The position numbers and the translations under genes are program-made. This document shows, piece after piece, positions 1 to 10,213 of a stretch of 64,000 nt of DNA. The first letter of the stretch is position 1; each line of letters starts with the position of its first letter. The notes under the pieces were generated by a model. The model was given only the letters and a program-made list of their open reading frames with translations, searched no databases and was not told the DNA's origin. The stretch covers positions 1,184,001 through 1,248,000 of the forward strand of contig CM000435.1 in assembly GCA_000165345.1 (NCBI GenBank). Reading direction: 5' to 3'.

Positions 1-1126
1 TTGAGCTTTCTAGCTGGTACCTTACTAGATATGGTAGAGAGCTGGTATTTTCTAATTCACATTCCAGGTCAAATTGTGTCTTATTTTCTTGTATCTCGAC
101 TAATCTAATTAGAATTTTGATTCCGACTTCCTTTTCAAAAATAGTGAATATGACTCCAATTAATATATGTATGAATGAACGGTCAGTGGGAAATGAGATC
201 TGGTGCTTTTCCGTGAATGAGACCCATATATCCAGAACTCCTGTTGAAATCTTTCTCCTATATTGTATATCTCTAGATGCTCCTTGTTTTAGCCAAAATT
301 CTGATTTATCACTACTTACAATATCACTTTGACCCTCCCATTTACTTATCTCAAGTTCAAATGTCTCTTTTGGATCCAAAATGTACTTACCGTAGAATAA
401 GTCATTAGTCAGTATCTCTGCTAACTCTGTTGCTGTAATTGAGACAATACAACCAGGAAATATGTGTGATAAAGGAGCAAAATCTGAAAATGATTCTTTT
501 CCAACATGTTCCCTGCTACTTATTGGTATGTCTGCATTGTATATAGTAAAGCTACGAGCATTTGGATTTTTTGCATTTCCCTTGTTTTCTAAATCTCTTA
601 GAGAGTCTCTTCTTTCATTGTAAATTTCATAAACTTTCAAAATGCACTCTTCATTATCCCCTAAAAAATAACTTATTCCAGCTTTTGTCGTTATTCTCAC
701 TTCTTGCCCTTGGCTTTGTAATTCAACTCCTGTAATATGATCAAAAGGAAGTACAATCCATTCCCCTTTAGAGACTTTTGAATTATCCCCATTAAATGAG
801 GTAGCAAAAGCTGTGGCTGCTATTGGAGCTAAGATTCTTGAAATATTAAGGTTATTTCTACTCACCAAATGCAATACTATAAGTTGCTTCTCCATGAAAA
901 TTACATCACATTTATAGGATCCCAGTCCTACTCCACTTGTACGAAGAGTACATTTGTAACATCCATTCAACTCATAAATCTGGCTAAAGATGGAAGAATC
1001 GTTTGCTAAAATCTCTTCCTCACTTTCATTCCTGGAAGTTATATTATTTTTAGAGTGATTTACGGAATTCTCAGAATTTATTCCCGTTGTTAAGTTCTTG
1101 GTTAGTTTTTCCAACCACCAACTCAT
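1..1126 (-). CDS. Hypothetical protein, 5' portion only; the gene runs off the window start
   Basis: Reverse-complement translation from the ATG at complement 1126 (an in-frame TAA lies just upstream) reads open to position 1 with no stop (MSWWLEKLTKNLTTGINSENS...LVRYQLESS). It is absent from the ORF track only because no stop occurs inside the window. Confidence 0.5.
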   Translation of the reverse strand, partial: MSWWLEKLTKNLTTGINSENSVNHSKNNITSRNESEEEILANDSSIFSQIYELNGCYKCTLRTSGVGLGSYKCDVIFMEKQLIVLHLVSRNNLNISRILAPIAATAFATSFNGDNSKVSKGEWIVLPFDHITGVELQSQGQEVRITTKAGISYFLGDNEECILKVYEIYNERRDSLRDLENKGNAKNPNARSFTIYNADIPISSREHVGKESFSDFAPLSHIFPGCIVSITATELAEILTNDLFYGKYILDPKETFELEISKWEGQSDIVSSDKSEFWLKQGASRDIQYRRKISTGVLDIWVSFTEKHQISFPTDRSFIHILIGVIFTIFEKEVGIKILIRLVEIQENKTQFDLECELENTSSLPYLVRYQLESS

Positions 1127-1575
1127 TTAACGCTTTAATCTCCTTTTCTTTGATTTCAGCTATGCTTTTATTTCCTCTCCAAATTCTAAAATTTTCCAAA
1201 ACTCCCCTTCATCAGAATATTTTTTTGATATTGCATGCAATTTTTGAAATTTCATTAATTTATTTTGGAGCCCATAGCAAAAGGCTCCAAAATAAATTCC
1301 AGTTTGAGGGGCAATAATTAATCGAAATTTGACTTTTTTAAAGAATTTGAAATCCCCGTAAAACTCGACTTTATAAATTAATTTCTATTTTTTAATTAAT
1401 TCCAATTTTTCTCAGAATTCACAATTTCCACTCCCAATATTAGCAAATAATGGAGAGTTCCCCACTTTCTACACCATTCATTTGACCCTATTTACTGCTG
1501 AACTCTTGGAGTCTAGGCTAAAGTTAAGTTAACTTCTTGAATTAACAGAGCACTCTCTTACTATTACTTGCTTTG

Positions 1576-3087
1576 ATGTACCCAGAAATAATTAGTAATA
1601 AGCTTCCAGTTCTTATAAAACTGCTTATTGATCAATACATCTCCATATTTTCAAGTCCATTATTTCTATGTTTAAGTATTTTACTGGCTTTAGTTGTTCT
1701 AATAGATTTTATTATAAGAAAGAATAATGCAAAGAAATATTCATCATACTCCTTAAATAATCGTCAGAATGTGGTCCAAAATTCAAAACATATTAGAAAA
1801 TTTGTTGAGCAAACCAAAATATCCTTTGGATGTTGTTGGAGATATGAATCAAAAAAAAGAATTCATGGAAGGATGTTTGTGAACGATAGATCAATCACAT
1901 TCTTCTCACCAATCTCCATTACTTACGAAGATGAAGAGTTTATCTCAAAATATTCGTCATTCCCAGGTATGCTCATTTCAGATGTTACCAGAATCACTCT
2001 AGAATATACCCAGATCTCAAGGATGATACGTAGAGGTGGAAATAAAGTTTTAAGAGGAAGTGTTACTTTTGAGATCCATAATAACAGTGAAATTCCTTTG
2101 GAATTAATGTTTTGCCATTTTTTCCATACAAAATATGTATATGATTTACTTTCTAAGCTTTGTACTTTAAGTTGTAGCAGAATTCATGAAACCATCCTAG
2201 GGGATAAAAATAATCCCGATTTGAATAATATTGTTCATGAGAAGGTCAATTCTATTGAAGATTTGGAAAATATCGGGAAATTGGATCAAAAAACTGAGTC
2301 TATTATTCCTAATGAACCTTGCAATTTTCTCCTGTATAATATTCAAGATAGAATTTCCATAAGTAATAGCTGTGACTTGGATCAACAAAATATATATGGA
2401 ATATTGGCCAAAAAAGCAAGTAATGACTTTGAAGAATTTATTAACGAGTATGACTTTAACTCTATTCCAACATCATCTTTGTCAAATGTTTTCCCTTGTG
2501 TGATTATACCATTAAAAGTCCAGAAAATCTTCTCAATACTTTCAAACCATACCATGGATAGCTCAAAGAACGTTTATCTTAAATACCTGGAACTTTCTGG
2601 AGCTTCTAATATTCAAATTGAATCTAAACCTTGCAATGGTGACTTTATGTTTCATTATATATATAAATATGAAAAATCTTTAAGTTTAACAGGCAGTTTT
2701 GGATTTGGTTGGCTTTCCAAAGGAATGATGAATATAAAGTGTCAAGAGGATCTCAAACTTTATAATCTTGGTAGTGATGTTGGTATTTTACTTTGTATAG
2801 ATATTAACTCCACTGGTATTCCTGAAAATGACGCTTTTACTGTCAATATAAGACACAGATTTACACCTTTTACAACAGTTTCAAATGCTAATAGTTCAGT
2901 TAATATGGATAATCAAATATCAAATAAACAAGAGGATCAACAAAACAACTTTGTTCAGCTTGATGTTGAATGTGATGTTACTTTTTATAGATTTTCTTTT
3001 TTCAAAAGTCCTGTTGTTCAAAATGCAATTGACCAGACTAAAAAGGGTCTTGAGCTTATTAGATCATCATGGAAGATGCATTACTGA
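1576..3087 (+). CDS. Hypothetical protein with an N-terminal transmembrane segment
   Basis: 503-codon ORF. The ORF track starts it at TTG 1573; the first ATG is at 1576. Hydrophobic stretch LFLCLSILLALVVLIDFII near the N-terminus. No recognisable catalytic motif. Confidence 0.5.
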   Translation: MYPEIISNKLPVLIKLLIDQYISIFSSPLFLCLSILLALVVLIDFIIRKNNAKKYSSYSLNNRQNVVQNSKHIRKFVEQTKISFGCCWRYESKKRIHGRMFVNDRSITFFSPISITYEDEEFISKYSSFPGMLISDVTRITLEYTQISRMIRRGGNKVLRGSVTFEIHNNSEIPLELMFCHFFHTKYVYDLLSKLCTLSCSRIHETILGDKNNPDLNNIVHEKVNSIEDLENIGKLDQKTESIIPNEPCNFLLYNIQDRISISNSCDLDQQNIYGILAKKASNDFEEFINEYDFNSIPTSSLSNVFPCVIIPLKVQKIFSILSNHTMDSSKNVYLKYLELSGASNIQIESKPCNGDFMFHYIYKYEKSLSLTGSFGFGWLSKGMMNIKCQEDLKLYNLGSDVGILLCIDINSTGIPENDAFTVNIRHRFTPFTTVSNANSSVNMDNQISNKQEDQQNNFVQLDVECDVTFYRFSFFKSPVVQNAIDQTKKGLELIRSSWKMHY

Positions 3088-3321
3088 TTTAACCTAATCG
3101 TTGTTTGATTTTAATTGGTTATACTTTGACAACTTTTTTCTTTCCTTGTGAACATCAAAGAAAACTGACTTTATTGTTATTGGTAATTTTCAATATAGAG
3201 AAATATAACTAATATATTAGAGGAAATGACCATTGAATTATATTTATTTTAGATCTTTTGTTATTATCATATCTCCTTAACTCACTTGTTTTTATTTTAG
3301 AATGCAATAACTTTTATTTAA

Positions 3322-6300
3322 TTATTCGCTTTCTTCATTAATTATCATATTTTTCAAAATCTGTCTTAAATCCAATTTCTTTGTTGTAGATTTTCTATAT
3401 TTGCTTCTCTCCATCTCTTTCTTTTCTGATAATAATTTTATACTATTTTCTACCCTTTTCTTTTCTCTTTCAATTTCTTCCTTAAGTCCAACTATGACTT
3501 TCTTTCCTAATGAAAATTTATCTTGTTCTAATCCCTTTATATTCATTTCCTTTTCCTTATTAATTTTCTCGCCAATCATTTTCAAATCTGCAATATATTT
3601 TTTTTGTAAATTTAAATATTCATTTTCTATCTGAGCTCTGCTTGCTTCTACTTTTAATGTAAGATCTTTCCTTTTTTGAGAAAAAACATTAATCTTTTCA
3701 TTCCACATATTTTCAATACGGGTTTTAATTAAAATGAAGTAAGCTTCCAGCTTCTTCTGACACTTTTCGTAAAGTCCTTTACTAGTTGTCTCTAACTTGG
3801 TCAGTGCATTCTCAAGTTGTTTATTTTCCTCTAATTTAAGCTTTGAAATACAAAGATCAGAAGGTAACGAAGAATAATTTTGATTCTGGTTAATATTATC
3901 ACGGTGATCTTTTTCTTTAGATTTACAAATAAAATTGTAATTATTTACTGTCATATTATCATCAAAGTTGGTATCAGGGCTAAAAATAGAATCAGAGATT
4001 GACATTTTACCAATAGAATTGAGGGATTTTAAAGAAAAATCAGAAAATCCTCTTTTTTTTGGCTTTCTCATTATTTCATCAAGTATCTCAGTCCCTGTTA
4101 TAGATGAATAATTATCAAAATAGTCTCCAGAATTAATAGAGCCAAATTCACCTTTAGTTTCAGTTTCTGTAATTTGCTCAAATATTTTATTAATTCCAGA
4201 GAAGATTACAGATTTAGTTTCTTCCAAATCATATTTTTCTGAAATATCTTCATCCATTTCTGAAGACTTGTTTTCATTTAAGCAATAAACATTTTCGGAT
4301 ACTTCTTTTATTTTTGATTTCGACTTTTGTTTCACTTTTTTCTTTTTCTTGTTTAATCCAATATTAATAACTGTTGGAGTTTTTTCATCATTTTCATTAG
4401 ATTCTTGTAAACTATCACGAGTATCCCCATTAATTTCTGATATCCACATATTTAATAGCTTGTCTGACCTGGAATCAGATGAATATTTTCTCTTCTTTAT
4501 TTCAATTTCCTCAGTTTCCTTTAATTCATCAAAACTTCCTAGAATTGGATATTCATTGTCAACAACTGCAATTTCTATGGGAACTATTGATTTAGTTTCT
4601 TCTATCTCTATATCTTTTTTGTTATTATTTATCTTTTTCACTTCATTTTCCTGCTTTTGTTTATCTTGATCTTGATCCTGTTCTTCTTCTGTTTCTTTCA
4701 TCCTTGTTGGGCAAGTAGTTTCATTTTCTATTGTAATTATACTCTCTTTAAGAGATTTAGGAGGCTCTGATCTTTTTGTTATTGGAGTAAATACCTCACT
4801 ATTCTCTTTTTTATTTACTTTTTTTGAAAGATCTTTCTTTTCCTTGAAATTAGCATTTTTTTCACAATCGTTCTTACCAAAAACTATGTCTCTTAATGTA
4901 TCATAACTAACTCTTTCGTAAACTATATCCATCTTTAGTTCATTACTTTCTTTATTGAATCTCCCTCTCTTTAACCCAGATGCTCTCTTATTTGTCTGGT
5001 CCAATGTTGAGATTGGAAAGGCAACTTTCTTTACCTCCTTTTCATCATGATCATCCATAAGACTATTGCAAACCTTTTTATTATTTTCTTCTAACTGTCC
5101 TTCATTAACATTTGAATTAAATTCAATTTCCCCATTTTTTTTCTTTTCTAAATTCACTTCTTGACCTTTTTTTTCAGTTTCTATCTTTTCCTTTTTTCTT
5201 TTAAGCTCTTCCTCTTCTTTCTTTTTCTTATTTTCCTCCTCTTTTTCCTTCTTTCTCTTATTCTCCTCTTCTTTTTCCTTCTTACTCTTTAGCTCTTCTT
5301 TCTTTTTCTTATTCTCCTCTTTTTCCTTTTTTTTCTTAATATCCTCTTCATTCTTTTTTTTGAGTTCCTCTTCCTTTTCTTCTTTTCTTCTGATTTCCTC
5401 TTCTTTCTTCCTTTTAATTTCTTCTTCCTTTTCTTTCTTAATCTTAAGTTCTTCTTCTTTCTTTTTTTTATTTTCCTCCTCTTCTTTTTTTCTTTTTATT
5501 TCCCCTTCCTTTTCTTTCTTACTCTTAAGTTCTTCTTCTTCTTTCTTTTTCTTATTTTCCTCTTCCTTTTCCTTCTTTCTCTTAAACTCTTCCTCTTCCT
5601 TCTTTCTCTTAATCTCCTCTTCCTTTTCCTTCTTTTTTTTAAGTTCCTCTTCTTTTTCTTTCTTTCTTTTAAGTTCCTCTTCTTTATTCCTTTTAATTTC
5701 TTCTTCCTTTTCTTTCTTCTTAATCTCTTCTTCTTTTTCCCTCTTACTATTTAGCTCTTGATCATCATTTTCCTTTCTTTTCAATAAATCCTCTTCTTTC
5801 TCAATTTCTTTTCCTTTAATCTCCTTCTTTTTCCCTCTTTTAAGATTAGCTGGATTCTTAACAGAAGAATTTAATACTTTGTCGTCTCTTTTCTGTTGCT
5901 GATAATTATCAAATTTGTCTATATTTACATCCGTTTCAATCTCTCTGTTGGTTGCTTCTGCATTTTTACATTCGAATTCAAGTAACTCTTTTCTATTTTC
6001 TTCTACTCTGCCTCCTTCAGCCTTCAAATTTCCTAGTTCAGGCTTCTTTTTGCTTCCTTCTATCTCATTGTTATTCAAGCTCTTACCCCTTAATCTTGAT
6101 TTATTATTCTTAGAAGTTTTATTTGGATTACTTTTCTTGCTTTTGACTTTATTTCTTTCATCTTTTTCTGAGTCTATCTCAACATCTTCTCTTCCTTCCA
6201 ATGCTATATTCATATTTGGTAATTTTCCTGGAATTAAAGAATCCAATCCTCTACTTTTATCTAATAATACTTCATTTGAAATATTTCTAGTATCTTCTTT

Positions 6301-8196
6301 ACAATCTTTTATATTCCAATCTAATTCTGAACTATCTGAAGAACTATTTTCACTCTCCATTTCCTGAGTAAGTTTCTTCTGTTCATTGATTAATCCAAAT
6401 ATGATCACATCCGCCTTATTCTTCTTCTTTTGAGAATCTTCTATAATATCCGAATTTAATATCATATTCTCTTTCTCCAATTCTTTAACTATTAGATTAC
6501 TACTCCTTATATCTGAATCTGCTTGACTACACTCTTTAGAAGAAACAAAACTAACTCTTCTTGCTTTGTCATCTATTTGTTGATTATATAATTGATTCTT
6601 TTTTGGAGTCATTTTTGATGTAGCGATTGACATCTTAACATTCTCAATATTCTTATATCTATTCTCAACACTTTCTAAAATGACATTATGTTGATCCATC
6701 TTATTTAATTCTTTAATTGAAACTATTCTAGAATCTACCATTGATACTTTTCTTGAAGGTGTCTCTATTTGTTTCATTCCTTGGATATTTTCAATCTTAC
6801 TTGCTTTAAATATACCCATTATTTGATATGCTTGCTCTTCATCTATAATTAATGATACTTTAAGTAAATCATCCTTCATTTTTGGTTTGCTCTGTAAATT
6901 CTCAATATTAGTTGAAAATATACCCGTCCAACTCTGCTTTATTTCAAGAAGTTCACTAAAAACTATATTTATATGAAGATTATTCGTATCATCATCATAT
7001 ATAATCGACTGAATAGTCCAGTATGGTATTTCAGCTGTTGAAACAAATGGCTTTAAATCCTTCTCCTCAGTATTTCCCATATCAATTGAATATTTTGATT
7101 GATTACTATGGCATTCCTCTTCATCTATATCACTGTGAAATACTATACTAAATGCACATATATCAATTACTGTTACCAATTTGATCTCCAAACCTTGCAT
7201 CTGAATTAAAATCCCAGATAATGACCAAATATTCTTTCCATTTCCATTACATGTTTTGTTCCATGGGGTTAATAATCCTCTAAAAGAAAAATCAAAGTTT
7301 TCTATTCCAATATATCTAAGTTGTATCAACCCTTCAGGCCATGATGACCTAAATATTTCAATAAAGCTTAATTCTTCATTATCACTTTGAGAGTAGCCCC
7401 TTCCATAATTTGTCTTCTTTAAAACCCTCCAAATCAATTCCCCTAATATAAGCTGTAAATCAAAATCAGGACATGTTAAAAACCTTTTTATGCATACTTC
7501 CATCAATGCAGAAGGTAAATAACAACTAGATTTCTGAATACTTGAAATCTGTTGTATCATTGTATAAGTCTCTGCTGCATATCTGCTGGATAATATAAAA
7601 CTATGGCCAATATATAGATATTCCAATACTCCATTGCAATTTGACCTTTTTGGTTCAATCATTGTTAATAGCTCAAACAAACTATATATATACTTTTCAA
7701 GCATTACCTTATCTTTTATAAACATTGGAGTCTGCTCAATATTATTCCTTGATTCAGTATCTTCTATATCTATTTTGCTGATTTCTAAATAATATTCATC
7801 CACCCAAGACATAAAAAACCCTGTAATATTTCTTAATAATGTAGCAAATTCCAATTCTACCACCTGGTTTTTTTGAGACACTGAAACTATTGAATAGTAT
7901 ACATTCATGAGAATTTTAATATTCTTTTCATCAATATCATTGTATCTCAAACTTTTATATTGAATTAATGTCCAGATAAATCTTAAACAACTGTTGCAAC
8001 AGGACCAATTATTATCTTTTAAAGAGTCCCCTAATATGCTAAAAATTTTTCTTGTTAAGTTTTTACCTATCTTTGTTGATTCATTTTCTTCTTCTCTTTC
8101 CAAAATTTCAACAATCCCATCTTCAATAATAACCCATAAATCTTCATTTCCCTTTACTTTCTCAAGCTTCTTTTCAAGCTCTAACTGCCAGTCCAT
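3322..8196 (-). CDS. Very large low-complexity protein with a central charged (K/E/R) coiled-coil repeat array and a C-terminal coiled coil
   Basis: 4.9 kb uninterrupted ORF. The track start 8220 is TTG; the first ATG is at 8196 (…SMDWQLELEKK). Central block is (KKEKEEEIKR)-type repeats. No enzymatic motif seen. Confidence 0.6.
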   Translation of the reverse strand: MDWQLELEKKLEKVKGNEDLWVIIEDGIVEILEREEENESTKIGKNLTRKIFSILGDSLKDNNWSCCNSCLRFIWTLIQYKSLRYNDIDEKNIKILMNVYYSIVSVSQKNQVVELEFATLLRNITGFFMSWVDEYYLEISKIDIEDTESRNNIEQTPMFIKDKVMLEKYIYSLFELLTMIEPKRSNCNGVLEYLYIGHSFILSSRYAAETYTMIQQISSIQKSSCYLPSALMEVCIKRFLTCPDFDLQLILGELIWRVLKKTNYGRGYSQSDNEELSFIEIFRSSWPEGLIQLRYIGIENFDFSFRGLLTPWNKTCNGNGKNIWSLSGILIQMQGLEIKLVTVIDICAFSIVFHSDIDEEECHSNQSKYSIDMGNTEEKDLKPFVSTAEIPYWTIQSIIYDDDTNNLHINIVFSELLEIKQSWTGIFSTNIENLQSKPKMKDDLLKVSLIIDEEQAYQIMGIFKASKIENIQGMKQIETPSRKVSMVDSRIVSIKELNKMDQHNVILESVENRYKNIENVKMSIATSKMTPKKNQLYNQQIDDKARRVSFVSSKECSQADSDIRSSNLIVKELEKENMILNSDIIEDSQKKKNKADVIIFGLINEQKKLTQEMESENSSSDSSELDWNIKDCKEDTRNISNEVLLDKSRGLDSLIPGKLPNMNIALEGREDVEIDSEKDERNKVKSKKSNPNKTSKNNKSRLRGKSLNNNEIEGSKKKPELGNLKAEGGRVEENRKELLEFECKNAEATNREIETDVNIDKFDNYQQQKRDDKVLNSSVKNPANLKRGKKKEIKGKEIEKEEDLLKRKENDDQELNSKREKEEEIKKKEKEEEIKRNKEEELKRKKEKEEELKKKKEKEEEIKRKKEEEEFKRKKEKEEENKKKKEEEELKSKKEKEGEIKRKKEEEENKKKKEEELKIKKEKEEEIKRKKEEEIRRKEEKEEELKKKNEEDIKKKKEKEENKKKKEELKSKKEKEEENKRKKEKEEENKKKKEEEELKRKKEKIETEKKGQEVNLEKKKNGEIEFNSNVNEGQLEENNKKVCNSLMDDHDEKEVKKVAFPISTLDQTNKRASGLKRGRFNKESNELKMDIVYERVSYDTLRDIVFGKNDCEKNANFKEKKDLSKKVNKKENSEVFTPITKRSEPPKSLKESIITIENETTCPTRMKETEEEQDQDQDKQKQENEVKKINNNKKDIEIEETKSIVPIEIAVVDNEYPILGSFDELKETEEIEIKKRKYSSDSRSDKLLNMWISEINGDTRDSLQESNENDEKTPTVINIGLNKKKKKVKQKSKSKIKEVSENVYCLNENKSSEMDEDISEKYDLEETKSVIFSGINKIFEQITETETKGEFGSINSGDYFDNYSSITGTEILDEIMRKPKKRGFSDFSLKSLNSIGKMSISDSIFSPDTNFDDNMTVNNYNFICKSKEKDHRDNINQNQNYSSLPSDLCISKLKLEENKQLENALTKLETTSKGLYEKCQKKLEAYFILIKTRIENMWNEKINVFSQKRKDLTLKVEASRAQIENEYLNLQKKYIADLKMIGEKINKEKEMNIKGLEQDKFSLGKKVIVGLKEEIEREKKRVENSIKLLSEKKEMERSKYRKSTTKKLDLRQILKNMIINEESE
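5170..5760. repeat. In-frame, imperfect ~30-bp tandem repeat array encoding KKEKEEE(L/I)KR units inside the large gene
   Basis: Periodic ctcttcctcttctttttccttctt-type units on the + strand (coding strand is -). The antisense frame yields the spurious SSSFFL 'ORF' 5360..5761. Confidence 0.7.
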
Positions 8197-8341
8197 TGAT
8201 TTCAATGACCATATATCCAATTCTGTTATTTTCTTTCCTTTCCTCTCAATGCAGAATTTACCAGTTTATTACCTTATTATACTTGTCAATTTTCTACTTT
8301 TTACTAGTTTCCCCCCACCCTCATTCTGCTCTTCCCCTTAT

Positions 8342-8380
8342 TGCATGCATGCAATTCACATTTACTTTCTATATACCGGT
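8342..8380. promoter_or_regulatory. TGCATGCATGCA cluster plus an ATATACCGGT element
   Basis: 5' spacer of the large KE-repeat gene. TGCATGCA is the type of site bound by ApiAP2 factors in apicomplexans. Confidence 0.4.
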
Positions 8381-8635
8381 GTCCACATGCAAATATTTTA
8401 AAAAAATAATTAAACAAATTTCTTGATAAAAAAGTAGTTAATTAATTTTTTAAAAATTTATATAATAGCTAGTTATGTTTGGTAACTACCATTTAATAAT
8501 TTAGTTTTAAATATAAAATAGTAAAAGCAGATCAGAAAATCAATTATAATATATTTTACTAGGCAAAAGTACTATTTATTAATTATAATAAATGCCATAT
8601 TTATATTTATTTTTCATTTTGAGAAAATGATTTTT

Positions 8636-9696
8636 TTATTGAGACTTTTTTCCTCCACCCATATGGACAGATGCATAACCAGTTGGTGGTGCATCATCAA
8701 TAGAGACCATTAAGTGCTCAGCATCCGACTCTACGGTTATGAAGTATTAATGAGTCATTTGTAGAAAATTAGATGATTCTGATATATTTAATAACTTACC
8801 TAGAATTGCAAGCTTTTCGGAATCGGTCAAAATGGAGTTACCTGCCATATCTTGACTTGCAGAGCCTAAAGATTTAAGAATAAATTATTTCATTTTAATT
8901 AGTTCATTAATTGATAAAAAAACTTACCGTCAATTTCTGCAGGAATTTCAACACTATCTTCTTCGCTCTCCTCACCCTTTGGTGTAGTCAAAGCATTTTG
9001 TGCAGCCATTGTTTGCTTTTGAATAATCTGAGAAATTGGCTTTCCATTAATAGTGAGGAATGGCTTGCCTTGGCTACTGTCCTTGATAATAATATCAATT
9101 CCAGAAGGTTTCAGCTCACCAACATTACTTCCAGCGAGTACATTTTGTTTTTTTGATATTGCTGGTAATTTACCACTTCTAACTCCAGTTTTTTCACATA
9201 AAACCATTTCTGTAATGGCATTCATCCAAATATTTCTCATATTTCTGTTTTTTGTGCATACATTATAGCCTATTCCTTTATCGCTTCTGATTCCAAAACA
9301 TATATCGGAAATACTATCTATTGGTAATAAAATAGATGTTGATGATAAAGTTACAATTGGTAATTTTCCACGGAATAATTGGAAATTTCCTTGGTGAATG
9401 ATACCTGAAACTCTTTCCAAAGCATCTGGATCTCCTGGAATTAATTGTCTATCTAATAATCCTTTTAATCCCTCTCCGCATTGACCAATTTGTTCGTCAT
9501 CTACAGTCAAAAGTGAGCTTCTAATTGTTCCCACTAATGACTCTATATCACTTTTTGTGTATCCTTTATTCACCAACTGATTAAATACTGACTCTGACAA
9601 TCCTAGATGAGTCTTTGCTCCTTTAACTAGTGCAATAGATGCAAGGAATAGTGTTGCTATTGAAATTCTTGCCATATTCCCAATTTTTTCAATCAA
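8636..9696 (-). CDS. Secreted hypothetical protein, three exons: complement join(8636..8730, 8791..8865, 8928..9675)
   Basis: First ATG at 9675 gives MARISIATLFLASIALVKG (signal-peptide-like). At 8927 the reading frame meets GTAAGT (plus-strand acttac 8922-8927). A 62-nt AT-rich intron ends in TAG. A 75-nt exon follows (…GSASQDMAGNSILTDSEKLAIL). A second GTAAGT (plus acttac 8785-8790) opens a 60-nt intron ending CCGTAG. A final exon runs to TAA at 8636 (ESDAEHLMVSIDDAPPTGYASVHMGGGKKSQ). The track ORF end 8899 (…GKFFYQLMN*) is intron read-through. Confidence 0.5.
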
Positions 9697-9857
9697 TAAT
9701 TAATTAAAAAAATTACTTGTAATTAAATACAATACTTAAATTCCTATTTCACTGCTATATTATCCTCATAATCTATCTAAATTCAAGTAAACACAAAATG
9801 CAATTACTATATACCGGTATTCATGCAAATCATTTTTTCAATTACGTATTCAATTTT

Positions 9858-9884
9858 CATGCATACATGCATACATGCATTGCA
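9858..9884. promoter_or_regulatory. CATGCATACATGCATACATGCATTGCA cluster in a divergent spacer with no E2F box
   Basis: Between the secreted spliced gene (start 9675, -) and the COWP-like gene (10214, +). Shares the 17-mer ATACATGCATACATGCA with 16710-16726. ATATACCGGT at 9809-9818. Confidence 0.4.
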
Positions 9885-10213
9885 AAATAAATTTGTCCAC
9901 ATAAAAATAAAATAAAAAATAAAATAAAAAAAATACTCGGAATAGAGTAAAATGAGTGAATTAAATAAGCTAAAGATTATTTATGGCAATATGAATTTGG
10001 TATTGAAAGGGGAGATCGAATATATTAAGGCCAGTGATTTAAGGTAAAAATAAAAAAAGGAAATATTGCTTCAGTACTCTAAGACAATTTTAATAAAAAA
10101 AATTAATAACAAATAAGCAAAATTCATTTGATTATTATTAATATTCTTAATATTATTTGATAAGTATGAAAATACTGTCAGCGAAATAAAAGCTGGGAAT
10201 CAAATAAGTAAAG

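Noticed and set aside
5360-5761. 133-aa + strand ORF (SSSFFL repeats), and other + strand ORFs (4349..4669, 5915..6367) inside the big minus-strand gene
   Set aside because: Antisense frames of the K/E coding repeat. Low-complexity and wholly nested within a 4.9-kb ORF. Not independent genes.
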